Shown: piece by piece, positions 28,401 through 39,070 of the stretch | Numbering within the stretch: the stretch's first letter is position 1 | How the letters are laid out: each line of letters starts with the position of its first letter | NCBI RefSeq assembly: GCF_001447785.1 | Contig: NW_015161407.1 | Location: forward strand, 1,246,040 to 1,310,039 | Source of the DNA: Gekko japonicus | Lineage: Eukaryota | Reading direction: 5' to 3' | DNA: 64,000 bases | Position numbers and translations under genes: made by a program | Notes under the pieces: generated by a model | What the model was told of the DNA's origin: nothing | Seen by the model: the letters and a program-made list of their open reading frames with translations, nothing else | The model's database searches: none

Positions 28401-31400
28401 ACTTCTTCCTTCTTCCAGAATTTCACAAATATAATCCTAGCAGCTGTAACTATGTGTAAAAACAAATATTTGTCTGATTTTTGCAGACTTTCAGGCATTA
28501 TATTTAATAGAAATATTTCCGGATCTAACGAAACGTGGACAGAATTTTGTCAAAATCTGTCTGCTTGGCATAGAAACCTACTTGTTTATCTTTAGTGTAT
28601 CTAGACACTAGTTGATTTCTGTCCCACCAAGTGAAATTTATGTTTTGTTGTTGAAGCATTTCCTGTGGTTTCAGCTCGTCTTTATGATCTAGAAGTTCTT
28701 CATAGGTTGACATACGTGTTTTAACCATCAGATTTGGATTGGCAAAGGCTTCTAGAGGTGCTACCCATTTTGGAGTTTTATTGTAGACAGATATGGTCTA
28801 AGCATGTGTTGTCTAAAGTATGTATGTGAATCTTGTTTTGCATACAATGCAAAAGCATGCCAGCCTAAGAGGAGGTTATAGTCCTTCAAGTTTGAGAGTT
28901 CTAGAGTTTTTGAGTAGTATCCAATCACGAATCCATGTTAAAGACTCATCTGGTAGTACAATCGCCAATTCGGGGTCTTTTTTTGCCAAATAAAGTTTCG
29001 TACTAATTTATCCAAATCTTTAAAAAAAGATTGGTATCTAAGAATAGGTATGTTTTGGAAGAGAAAAAAGATTTTTGGAAGTATGTTCATCTTGATGGCT
29101 GCAGCTCTCCCCATCAGTGAGAGTTGTAAGTTTTTCCATTTGTTAAGAGTTTAAGGTAGTTATCCTGTTAAGAGTTTAAGGTAGTTATCCTGTAGTAACA
29201 AACTTAGTCTATTCGTAATATGAATACCTAAATATTTTATCTTGTTTTGGACTTCAAATCCGGTAATTTTCTGTAGCTCTTGGATTTGCTTTAAATTACA
29301 ATTTTTGGTCATTATTTTAGTTTTATTCGCATTGATCTTAAAGCCTGCAAGTTGCCCATATTGTTGTAATACGTTCAAAATGTTATCCATTGATTGAAAA
29401 GGATCTTGCAGGATAATTGCTAAATCTTCGGCGAACTCTTGTATTTTGTATTCTTCGCCTCTTTATTTAATCCAATAATTGATTTATCATTTCTTATTTT
29501 TTCACATATGACTTCTGAAGTAAACATGAAAAGTAGAGGTGATAGTGGACATCCTTGTCGAGTACCTTTGCATATTTCGATTTTTGAAGTTAGATCATTT
29601 ATCGCAATTCTAGCATTTTGTTTAGTATATATCGCCCCTACCATATTAGTGAAATTTTCACCACATTGCGCAACTTTTAAGTGTTCCAACATAAAATCCC
29701 AATTTATATTATCGAACGCCTTCTCCACGTCCAGAAACAATATTGCCATCTGCTTACCCGGGTTTACCTCGAAGTATTCCAAAACATTCAGGATGGTTCT
29801 TAGGTTTTTCGGGATTGCATATTGGGTAAAAAAACAGCTTGATCTTGATGTATTAAATACATGAGTACCTTTTTTAATCGCGTAGCCAAGATAGAAGCGA
29901 ATTTTTTGTAGTCTACGTTAAGGAGTGATATAGGGCGATAATTTTTAATCTCTTTCTCATCAGAGTCCTGTTTCTGGATAGGGGAAATTAGTGCTGTATT
30001 CCATGAATCTGGAATAATTTTCTTTTCTGTGATGTTATGCATGGTCTGTTTGAGTGGCAGTAGTATTTCTTCTTCTACAGCTTCTTAGAATTCTGCCAGC
30101 AGTCCATCAGGGCCAGGTGTTTTATTCTTCTTTTGTTTTTTAATAGCCTCTGTAATCTCATAAATTGTAATGGGTTCATTAAGCATTTTTTTCTGTGATT
30201 CGTTTAGTTTTTTGATATTAGGGTTATCCTTGAAGTAACTTGGAATTAATCCTTTCTCAACTTTCTGTTTCCCATACAGATTTTCATAAAATCTTTTGCT
30301 AATCTCTTTCAAATCATCTAAGCTATTTTTTCCTACTTCTTGTTCATTTCTCAAAATCTTGATATATCCTTTTTTCCCCTCTTGCTGCAATCCATAACCT
30401 TGTTCATTTCTCAAAACCTTTTTTCCCCTCTTGCTGCAATCCATAAGTCAGCCAACGTGTGGGTTTATTGGCATTCTTGAAAAAATTCTGTTTAGCATAG
30501 AGGATCTTTTTTGCAATTTCTTGGTTAAGCAGGTGATTCATTTGGTGTTGTAAATTTTGGGTTTTTAGTTCCAGTTTACCTGAAGAGGTATCTCTTTTCA
30601 ATGTATCTTCACAATCTTTGATCTGGTTTTTAAGTTGAGTAAGTTTTTGGTTTTCCATTATCTTTCTTTTAATGCTTTGTCAAATGAGGATTCCCCTTGC
30701 GAATGCTTTGAAGGTGTCCCAAACTAATTGGGCTGACTTGCTTCCTTTTGACTTAAGTCATGGGGCTTGTAACTACACTCTAGCAGAGTTCATTCTGTCT
30801 ACTGCTTTTTGACAAAATTGCCCATTTTTGGAGGGTGAAGGTAGAAACCAGTACTCTTCTGCATAGTTGAGTATTATCCTGGATATGCAAAACTTTCCTT
30901 CTGCTTGAATGTCCTACTGATTGGCATTTAACTGCCTACTTTGCAACTTTTGGGAATGACAGAATGTTGTGGTAGCTTCCCATTTGGAAATTTGTGAAAG
31001 AAAATGGAATACATTCCTTCATAGTTTTTGCTTTCATTAATATGTGTTAGACATGGGAACAGTTTGATAACAGTCCTCAGTATATGGATGTGTTCTGGCA
31101 ACGGACCCAGAAGTATATTGCCCAATTACTTAAGAATGTAAAAGGAACCAATTGATTGTGAGTCCTTTTTCAGTTAATTGGTTTGAGGCCATTTAATATT
31201 TGAAACTGCTTAATGTGGCCTGTAACAATTGTAAGCAATGTTGCATAAGTTGCCAAGGCTCTGCAACCCAGCTTTTGGATTATTAGTAGTGCTGCTAAAT
31301 TTTGTACACCCAGCATATACAATGTTTGTATGTTTGTAGCAGGTTTAATTATAATTCTTCTTATAGGGTGCAATACATGTCAGTGATAGAGTTGTACCCC

Positions 31401-34400
31401 AGCCACCTCTTCAGCGTCTGTCTGCAGAGAAATTGACAAGAGAAGGAGCTTTTCTTATGGATTATGGCCCAGTAAGTAGTACCCCTGGTTTCTTCATACA
31501 TATTTATGATTGCTTTGGTAAATTTTTTGGTAAAAGTAGAAAATCTTAGATTCTTAAAGAATGATGTGTTGCCATCCGTGTTGTAATAGGCTATTGATTT
31601 TATTTTCTAATAAACTGTTCTGTAAATCATTAAGTACAGTAATTTAGTCATTTGTTCATTGTTTAAATATATATACTTATGTATACAAAACAATTTAACA
31701 AGTATTTCCATGGAAGTATCAACAATGACAATGTTATCTTATCTAAATTAACAAAGATGTTTACTTCAATGATGTTGGTTCTGACATTTTAGGCAATGTA
31801 TATATGGACTGGAAAAACCTGTGATAATAACTTCATAAAAGATGTCCTTGGATACCCTAACTATTCATCTCTGCCACAGGGACTGGTAAGGGTTTGTTTT
31901 CCTTAATACAAGAAACTACTCACTTTCTTGAAATTGATTTCTTTGTGAGTCAGTTTGTTGCAAGCTTCCAGATTGTTTGGGGTTAGGGGGTATTAAGGTC
32001 CAGCTACAGAAAAGCTGAGGAGGCAGATATGCCTTGGAAATGTTCTGTTGCCCCTGTCATTGAGCTAGCTAGATTGGTCACTAGATCTTGTAATGGGTGG
32101 ATTTGAAGTGGTAATGTTGTTTAGCTGCTGCTTTTTCTATCCTGACTCCAGACCAGTAAGTCAGTCCGGGGGGGGGGGCACTCTTGAAGGTATCCTCTTG
32201 TATGTCTGCGCCATAAGGGCTGTTTGTGCTCTGCTTTTCCTGTTTATAAAAACTACTTAGGAATTTTTGAGTGCTTCTGGGGATTTCAGGCAGGAAAAGA
32301 CATTTTAGCATTTGCTTGTTCCTATAAGTGGCTTGAATGCACTAATTAAGTCATTATCAATGAGGTATTATTATCCCCCCCCCCTCGGTGCTTTGATATT
32401 TGATAACTTCAGTGATGCTGGATCATCATACGAGTGTTTGGGACAAATACTAGGAATTTAAATTACATCTGGGCATTATGAGTAGTTGTGAATTGAGTCA
32501 GTCAATTAAAAGACGTTTGAGAGATCTTGATTATAAGAGTATGCTGGTCAGAGTGTGCAGAATACATTCATCCTTTTCAGTTGGTATTCTTCCCCCAATA
32601 AAAATGCCAAACTACCTGTTTGAAGTATACAAGGACATTTATGCTTGTGCATTTGAACATCTTGTCATCGGGGATGGTGTTAGGAAGACTGAATAGTATT
32701 CTGTACTCTAATAGACTTGGTGGATATGGTACTAACCAAATTGACTTTATTGTTTGTATTCTTTTGGATTGCCCCGAATTTTCAGGTTTGAGGGCTCAAT
32801 TGATTTTCCCTTTGCTTAAGCAGAACTGTGTTGCTTTAGAAGCTAAGTCTTCTTGGTTACTAAGAGATGAAGATAAACAAGTAACTTTTCATGTGGCTAA
32901 ATTTTTGGTGGCTGTAGGAAAATCACGTAATTCCAATAGCAAATATTAGGCTTCTCTTTTAGTGTGTGAGGGCTCACTTTATGACTTTTGTCATGGAAAC
33001 AGTAATTAGGAAGGAAAGGATAACTTCAGTGGGTTTTGGTTCTAATGTGTTTGGCTTTCTGGATTCTTTAACATATCACTGGTATGTTTTAAGTGAACTG
33101 TGCTTAAACTTTGTATTTAATTTTTCTAGACACAGCTTCCAGAATTAGATACCCTTTCTTCAGAACGAACCAGGTCATTTATATCCTGGCTTAAGGACAG
33201 TAAACCTCTAAGCCCAGTCCTTCAAATAATAAAGTAAGTGTGTGTATGTATGTATATATATGTATCAAAGTAAGTATCCACACATTGATCCTTCGCTGAA
33301 TTCAGTGATCTTTTATGCATACCTGTACAATAGCTTTTTGTTCACTCTTAATAGGCATTTATTTAAAATTTATTTTAAAGAAGTTCTATCCCTGCAGTCT
33401 TTTGATCCAAGTAAAAGTGCACACTCAAATGCATATAGAAAGTGGTGATGTTCACAGGAATCAGTGGGGGACTGTGTAACTATTATGTGCCCCAAACTCA
33501 ATAAATGCAATAAAGCCTTGTGATCATCATCTCTCAGGATTACACAAAAGTGACCAGCTGATGTCTTAAACCTGATTTCCCTCAGCATCTTTTTATTTTT
33601 TATTTTATTGGGCTTTTAGCCTGTCCTGCCCCACAAGCAGGCTCAGGGCAGGTTATAACTAGGGGTGTGCATTCGGCAATAACCAAGCTAAATTAATACC
33701 AGAAAAATACCTTACCGGTATAGCTGAGCCCCAAAAAGCAGATTTTATCCAGCTTTTATTTGGGTTAATTCAGCTATACCAACCCTACCAGCCATTTAAA
33801 CCTAACAGCTGACAAGGAGAGCCACCAGTCAGCTGTTGAGTTTAATGCCTCCCTGGGAGCCATTTCAGCACTCCTTTCACCACCACCACCCCCCAAAAAA
33901 AATCCTGAGCAGGGGGAGCAAAAGGGAGGGCTGACTTGGCTTCCCTCCATGTAAACCAATTAGTGCTGTGCTGGGAGGAGTGTCTTCCCTTCCTTAGCCT
34001 CCCTGCTGCTGTGGGAAGACTCAAGGAGGAAAGCAGGGAGATGCAAGTTTAAATGCCTTTCTTTCCCTCCCTGAACTTGAGGCGGGAAGGACAGGCATTC
34101 AAGCCTGCCTAGCCTCTCTGCGTTCCCTTCTCCAGCTGCCCCACTTCAGCCTTACCTTCCTTACCGGAGCCTCCCCGCTGCTGCAAGGATAGTCAGGGAG
34201 GAAAGGCAGGGAGAGCAAGGCATGTTTAAATGCCTTTCTTTTCCTCCCTGGACTTGGGATGGGAAAAAAGGCATTTAAACATGCCTTGTCTCTCTGCCCT
34301 CCCTTCCCCAGGGAAGGCAGAGAGGAGAGAAGGCTTCCACTGGTCAGTTTCACTCCCATCCGCCTGTCAGCTGTTAGGTTTAAATGGCCTAAATCTAACA

Positions 34401-37400
34401 GCTGACCGTTGGGAGTGAAACCAACCAGTGGAAGTAGCAGGGCATGGGAAGGGAAGGAAGGCGTTTCAACATGCCTCCCTCCCCTCCCCTTGGCTTTAGA
34501 CCCAAATATATTCGGCAGTACCTAATATTTCCCCAGCCACAATACTTTACTGGTATTGGACTGGGGAAATATTCAGTACTTACCAATATTTTTTTGATCT
34601 GTTATACCTGAATCCGGAAAAAAAATTTTTTTTCCTTGCACACCCCTAGCTACAACAGCATTAGAAACAGAATCCTCTTTCTAAAATATCCAATTAATCA
34701 TTAACAATAATAACAACACAATAATAAAATCACATCAATAAATACAGCAGTAACAGTTGATGGCATCGTCTAATTTTTCCATTTCCATCTGCTCCCTGGT
34801 CTTGTACATGCTCTCAGTTGTATGCCATCCTGACCTGATGACTTGTTAGTTTTTAGTTTGTCCTTTAGCTCTAGAACTTTATTTCTATTTCACAGTTCTT
34901 CAGATACCCTTCCTGAAAAGAGCTGCTTTGGTGCAGGTAACTGTTTCACATTTTCTGCAACCTCTGAGCTCTGACAGCACACCAGCAGGCAAGCTCTTGC
35001 AGTTCCAAGGATGTTTAGAAAGAGGAATAGTGCTCTATCCCTTTGCAGTTATTCTTGGTGCTCTGAGAGCACACCTGCTGAGGCTGTCCCAGCAGCTGTG
35101 CTCTGTACCTCAGTGATGGCAGAAAAGGGTTCACCTGAGTGAACTTTGAGGGGGAGTGGAAATCTCATTTCCAGCTCTGCCCCTTCCTTGCAGTTGGCTT
35201 CAGAGTGTGGAGGGGGTCCTTCATAGCTGATGCTGTGGTTTGTTTTCCTGCCCAGAACTGTCCTCTGTCTGTCAGGTACATCACAGTCAGATTAGCTTCT
35301 TACTCTCGAAGTATTTTCATGAAACCTATGCATATATGCAGACATCACTTCATCATTATTTTGGAGGAGATTTTTAAAATACAATAATTTTTTTAAAAAA
35401 ATTCAGATTTTTCTGCAAATCTGGGGGATTATAGAAAAATATTATCTTTCTATAGTTGATTGTGTTGTGTGGATTTTTTACTCCACACTCTGGGGCCACA
35501 TCAGATTTAGATGTATGTTGTGTGGGGTGAAGAAAATATGCAGGAAGAATGTTCTTTCTTCTCCTATAATTCTAAACCTCATGGCCAGCTAGTATATGTA
35601 TTTATTTATTTAGATTTATATCCCGCCCTCCCCGCAGACTCAGGGCGGCTAACAGAGGCTGAACGCCATGTGATAACAATAAAACAGTAAAATACAGACT
35701 AAAATTACAAAATAAACAATTAAATAATTAACCAGAGTTCTTAAAACATTTTCCGGTGCTCCTCTACTCACTTCCAGATTTTTAAAGTCAGGATGGTGTT
35801 CTCAATAATATAGTTGCATAACAGTGCCCCACTGTTGTCCCTAGGCACGTCCCACTCCCTCCGATGGTACCCGCACCAGCTATGACAGTATGCGGAAATT
35901 ATAGGGTGTTGATGGAACAGTAGTGGTGGCGGCTCCTATTCAAAAGCCTGGCGGAAGAGCTCCGTCTTACAGGCCCTGCGGAACTGTACGAGGTCCCGCA
36001 GGGCCTGGATCTCCTCTGGGAGCTCGTTCTACCAGATAGGAGCCGCCACCGAAAACGCCCTATCCCTGGTCATAGCAAATTTGATGGTCTTGGGGCCTGG
36101 AACATCCAGGAGATTTTGATTCCCCGACCGTAGTGCCCTTGGGGGAACATGTGGGGAAAGGCGGTCCCTTAGGTAGGCCGGTCCCTGGCCATAGTTAATG
36201 GGCAGTCCATTCAGGACAGAGACATATTTCACTCACAGTTTTTAACTTGTGGAATTAACTGTCCCAGGATACAGTGATGACATTTGCCATTGGTCCAGTT
36301 GATGTTTAAAGGAGAAATCATGGAAGATAGGTCCATCAGTGGCTGTTAGTCACAGAGGGCAATAACCCTCTGAATACCAGTGCTAGGTGTCAACAACTGG
36401 AAGCATCTTTGTGCTACATCCCTGGCTTGTAAGCCTTCTGGTACATCTGGTTGGCCACTGTGTGATACAGGACGATACACTACATGGAACATTAATCTGA
36501 TTTCCAACAAGCTGATGCTTTTGTATAATGTGGGATGTTTGGACAGCGGTCCCTCTTCTGTTCACTTGGTGTTTCTGAATGTCATGGTGGTGGTTACTAA
36601 AAGAGGATTCAGTGCTGGAAGAATCAGCCTTCCTTGCTGGTATTCCTGAGAACCTACTGGGGATCCTGCTAGTCTGTGATATAGAGTGATTTTACAGGTC
36701 ATACCTTTTGCTTTCCACAGATTGCACTAGAAGATGTTTTTTTCCCCTCCTTGTATTTACAGAGGTGATTTTTGGGGCCTTAAAAATATATTGCTTTGCC
36801 CAGTCCCTCCACCACCAAAATCATTTGATTGGGCTGATGTGAATAAAACCAGGCTGGTCTCCAGTGTTTCCCTGGGTGGCAAGATATTTGAGAGAAGTCA
36901 CAAGATATGCATGAGGCTGATTACTCACTGAATGTTCAGATCAGGGAAGGAAACTGCTTTAGTGGCTCTGACTGACAGCCTGCATCTAGAAATGGACAGG
37001 GGAAGTAGGTGCTAATCTGTATTTCTCAGCCTTTTGGTAGCCCTGATACAATAGATCATTAAATCCTGTTGAAGCAGTTGGGCATGAGGGGATTTTACTT
37101 TGTAGTGGTTCCACTCCTGCCTGTCTAATTGAACTCAGTAGGAAATATCACTCTCCTTAGTGAGAATTTAATTTATTTTTTTTGGGGGGGAAGCACGCTT
37201 CAGTGTGTCTTGCCCCAAGAATTTCCTTTAATATACAGGTATTCAGAAAGACTATAAGAATTTGGAATGTCTCTTTTATTTTCATCTGACCCTTTATGCC
37301 TAGACTGCACTGGATAAGCAAGAAGAAATAAATTGTGAGTGAATCAGGCAAGTAAGCTATACAAGAACATTCCTTAAACATTCAATTTCTTCCTGTTTCA

Positions 37401-37516
37401 GAGATGAAAGTCCTGCAAAGGCAGATTTTTTTCAATATTTAGTTGAAGACAAAACGGAGGCAGCATTCTCTTACTATGAATTTTTGCTGCATATTCAACA
37501 ACAAATTTGTAAGTAA
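1302..37516 (+). CDS. SEC24B: SEC24B (COPII coat component), 5'-partial multi-exon CDS; 22 coding exons in window
   Basis: Exons join in frame through GT-AG sites. Peptides match SEC24B: low-complexity N-terminus with acidic DDEEE tract, Zn finger CRSC..CNLC, trunk ([11 protein letters not shown]), beta-barrel ([21 protein letters not shown]), helical and gelsolin-like domains, C-terminus [15 protein letters not shown]. Confidence 0.97.
3141..3331 (-). mobile_element. Sauria SINE, 3' part
   Basis: AAAGGTAAAGGT (antisense of the ACCTTT tail) followed by GTGGTCATGTGGCCGGCATGAC and GTTACCTTCCCACC..GGTACCTATTTATCTACT, recognised as Sauria SINE core. Confidence 0.8.
5051..6014. other. Assembly gap (964 N) flanked by a 780-bp direct duplication
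   Basis: N run; 4271-5050 is repeated at 6015-6794. Confidence 1.
6894..6998 (+). CDS. SEC24B: SEC24B exon ([14 protein letters not shown]...[12 protein letters not shown])
   Basis: cacag acceptor, gtctgc donor, 105 nt symmetric exon; resembles the SEC24B acidic segment. Confidence 0.92.
8884..8964 (+). CDS. SEC24B: SEC24B exon ([13 protein letters not shown]...LEGGGYP)
   Basis: cctag/gtaaat, 81 nt, in frame. Confidence 0.92.
9318..9478. mobile_element. Penelope-like element terminal fragment (inverted pseudo-LTR)
   Basis: GTCCAGTGGCACCTTTAA...AAGCTTTTGTGTGCAC followed by an inverted CTGAAGAAGTG..GCACACAAAAG; same family as 50605-50814. Confidence 0.6.
10325..10850 (+). mobile_element. L2 LINE 3' fragment
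   Basis: VLTFKAL...YLWDRL...LRSS...LLVVP...RAFSALAP (L2 ORF2 C-terminus); GCCGCCCTGAG 3' end and AATAAATAAA tail. Confidence 0.8.
10890..11071 (+). CDS. SEC24B: SEC24B exon ([11 protein letters not shown]...[16 protein letters not shown]...QYPQ)
   Basis: tgtag/gttagt, 182 nt. Confidence 0.92.
11503..11911 (+). mobile_element. hAT (Charlie-type) MITE
   Basis: TIRs CAGGGGTGTCAAAC / GTTTGACATCCCTG; perfect 8-bp TSD CCCTAGCC at 11495-11502 and 11912-11919. Confidence 0.9.
12018..12814 (-). mobile_element. CR1 LINE 3' fragment
   Basis: Antisense ATTCTATG tail; ORF2 peptides MQFNKDK..., [19 protein letters not shown] with stops and frameshifts. Confidence 0.9.
13025..13307 (+). mobile_element. 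tRNA-derived SINE (MIR/Squam3-like)
   Basis: A-box TGGTGTAGTGG, B-box-like GTTTTGATTCC, core GTGACCTTGG..CAGTCAC, (TTC)n tail. Confidence 0.75.
14257..14441 (+). CDS. SEC24B: SEC24B exon (QYPTMNQ...LKKLNCSP)
   Basis: ttccag/gtaggt, 185 nt. Confidence 0.93.
15548..15650 (+). CDS. SEC24B: SEC24B exon ([13 protein letters not shown]...HPFRDLT)
   Basis: ttctag/gtaaaa, 103 nt. Confidence 0.95.
16005..16131 (+). CDS. SEC24B: SEC24B exon, Sec23/24 zinc finger (CRSC...CNLC)
   Basis: ttag(cag) acceptor, gtaagt donor, 127 nt. Confidence 0.95.
16510..16619 (+). CDS. SEC24B: SEC24B exon (VPEEFMYNP...ASSDYM)
   Basis: tttag/gtaagt, 110 nt. Confidence 0.95.
16912..17024 (+). CDS. SEC24B: SEC24B exon ([16 protein letters not shown]...LENLD), trunk domain start
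   Basis: tacag/gtaaga, 113 nt. Confidence 0.95.
17513..17631 (+). CDS. SEC24B: SEC24B exon ([15 protein letters not shown]...VSEID)
   Basis: tttag/gtaaag, 119 nt. Confidence 0.95.
18096..18151 (+). CDS. SEC24B: SEC24B exon ([19 protein letters not shown])
   Basis: catag/gtaaga, 56 nt. Confidence 0.93.
18840..19249 (-). mobile_element. CR1 LINE 3' fragment
   Basis: Same family as 12018-12814; TRNNGFKL...[15 protein letters not shown]. Confidence 0.9.
19560..19766 (+). CDS. SEC24B: SEC24B exon ([10 protein letters not shown]...QRSSTK)
   Basis: ttcag/gtactt, 207 nt. Confidence 0.95.
20724..20916 (+). mobile_element. 5S rRNA-derived SINE (5S-Sauria-like)
   Basis: 5S internal promoter segment GATCTCGGAAGCTAAGCAG...TGGTTAGTACTTGGATGGGAG followed by a non-5S body and a BovB/Sauria-like tail (GACTTGACGGCAC). 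Confidence 0.75.
21843..21966 (+). CDS. SEC24B: SEC24B exon ([19 protein letters not shown]...DLASL)
   Basis: tctag/gtaaga, 124 nt. Confidence 0.95.
22551..22687. mobile_element. TcMar (Tc2/Tigger-like) MITE
   Basis: ~23-bp TIRs CC(C/G)TGTTTCCC..AAAATAAGAC; TA TSD on both sides. Confidence 0.8.
23373..23568. mobile_element. Degenerate hAT-like MITE
   Basis: Ends GTTGCTAAC.../...GTTGACAACCCTA resemble a TAGGGTTGCCAAC TIR family; the left end is eroded. Confidence 0.45.
24582..24740 (+). CDS. SEC24B: SEC24B exon (ACMSKYSAG...AVMRIRCTK)
   Basis: AAG acceptor after a long CT tract, gtatgt donor, 159 nt. Confidence 0.93.
25147..25320 (+). CDS. SEC24B: SEC24B exon ([17 protein letters not shown]...YTSSK)
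   Basis: tttag/gtaact, 174 nt. Confidence 0.95.
25546..25656 (+). CDS. SEC24B: SEC24B exon ([15 protein letters not shown]...LANM)
   Basis: tgtag/gtgagt, 111 nt. Confidence 0.95.
26418..26593 (+). CDS. SEC24B: SEC24B exon ([17 protein letters not shown]...LFKQ)
   Basis: ctcag/gtatta, 176 nt. Confidence 0.95.
27201..27338 (+). CDS. SEC24B: SEC24B exon ([14 protein letters not shown]...RLTDE)
   Basis: tacag/gtatag, 138 nt. Confidence 0.95.
28100..30740 (-). mobile_element. Degenerate L1-clade LINE ORF2 (RT), antisense in a SEC24B intron
   Basis: [56 protein letters not shown] spread over several broken frames; 5'-truncated. Confidence 0.9.
31367..31471 (+). CDS. SEC24B: SEC24B exon ([14 protein letters not shown]...FLMDYGP)
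   Basis: tatag/gtaagt, 105 nt. Confidence 0.93.
31793..31885 (+). CDS. SEC24B: SEC24B exon ([20 protein letters not shown]...QGL)
   Basis: tttag/gtaagg, 93 nt. Confidence 0.93.
33130..33233 (+). CDS. SEC24B: SEC24B exon ([17 protein letters not shown]...QII)
   Basis: tctag/gtaagt, 104 nt. Confidence 0.93.
33660..34648. mobile_element. Non-autonomous hAT DNA transposon inserted in an L2 3' end
   Basis: 12-bp TIR TAGGGGTGTGCA / TGCACACCCCTA; 8-bp TSD GTTATAAC / GCTACAAC (6/8); internal inverted repeats. Confidence 0.8.
35596..36197 (-). mobile_element. L2 LINE 3' fragment
   Basis: GPAYLRDRL...ALRSG..LLDVP...RAFSVAAP; (TTTA)n antisense tail. Confidence 0.85.
37402..37516 (+). CDS. SEC24B: SEC24B last coding exon ([16 protein letters not shown]...QICK*)
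   Basis: ttcag acceptor; TAA at 37514-37516. Confidence 0.95.
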
Positions 37517-38163
37517 AAGAGGAAGAAACAGGGGAAAAAACCCAATTCTGGACTCTTACTCAAATAGCAGCCGTGAAAGAAGCGATAAAACCAGGCATGA
37601 ATTCTTCAGTGTCCAGGACAAATAACCATATTTAGAACGTTTCAGCTGAAAGGACAAAATACACATTTCCAGATGAATTTTACAGATTTCCTTCAATCTA
37701 AAAATGATGGCTTTGATGCAGTTTCAATAGTATGTTTTAAGTTGGTTTATATGCATTTCCAATAGTGCAGCAATATGGTGCTTCTGTTCATTTCAAGCTG
37801 GTGGATTTAGCTGTTGAATTTATGTAGCTGTGTGGAATGGTATTTCTCAATGGAATCTAAAATCAGAGCTTTCCCCCTCTTAACTCTTCATATCCCAGCC
37901 TTGCCTCTAGCAGAGATGCCAAAGTGCAATGCTCCATGCTGTTTATATGAATTTGTAAAAGAAATAATTCATATTTGAAAACTTCACTGTTTTCTCTGTG
38001 AAGGCTATAGAATTTCAATACAGAATACATGACTTGTAGAAATATATAATGTACAGAAGTATTACATTTGTAAAAAAAATGTAAAACTGTAACTACAGAG
38101 TATGAATTGCTTAGTGTGCTGCAGTGTTGGTGATTCAATGACAAATCACTATATCAGTTAAAG

Positions 38164-38169
38164 AATAAA
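38164..38169 (+). terminator. Candidate proximal SEC24B polyadenylation signal
   Basis: AATAAA ~650 nt after the stop in an AT-rich 3'UTR; a second AATAAA lies at 39441-39446. Confidence 0.45.
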
Positions 38170-38979
38170 GTAGACTAATACATATTAAAACAAAGAAATC
38201 TGAATCCACATAAGAAAAATGCAACTTTGTAATTCATTTAAATTAATCCTTTTATGTGGATTTATTTATGATCAGCTGATTAAAAGTATTTTGCTTGATC
38301 ATGTGTTTTTATATCTGTGATACATTTTAGATACTAATAGTGAACTTGGCTTGCTGTATTAAGAAGGAATGTTTACTACTTTATTGTATAGATTCCTCGA
38401 AAGAGGATAAGTTCAGTGAACTGAAATTGGGGATTTGTATGCAACCAGTTTGTGATGCTACCTAGAAAAATGATAGTCTCGCTTATCTCTGGTTTACTTT
38501 ATGTACCCTGCATTGGTTTGGTTCTAGGTTCCTCATTTTCTCTTGCCACCATGAGACATTAAAGAAAATTGTATTTCACTTCCAGGTGAGAGTTGCTTCA
38601 GCACATGAACTGAATATCAGCCTGGGTTTATCCTACTGTTCCTTTTTCAGTTCTAGTGCTACACAGACATGCCTGTGACTCTGCAGGGCCTACGTGCCAG
38701 GGGGGATCATGTTAGCCTGCTTGATGTGTTAATTGTAAGAGCCAGTTTTGAGGAATAGCAATTACACATTAATCCCTCCTTGAATGCGTGATCCAGTGTG
38801 CTGCTCTTAGGCAAGGGTAATGCCAATCCCTTACCATGTGTGGGCACTACATCATTGGAACCATGTCTGTATCTTAAACCTAGTTGGCTTAAGTTTGTGT
38901 TAAATACGTAGAGTCATCTGAACAAGCCACCTGTTTTTAAAGCAACACTTTTTAAAAGATGACAAATACTAATTACACC

Positions 38980-38981
<2 letters not shown>

Positions 38982-39031
<50 letters not shown>

Positions 39032-39070
39032 ATATGTATATATATATATGTGTGTGTGTTTGTGTGTGTG
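38982..39070. repeat. Compound (GT)n/(TA)n microsatellite
   Basis: Directly visible. Confidence 0.95.
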
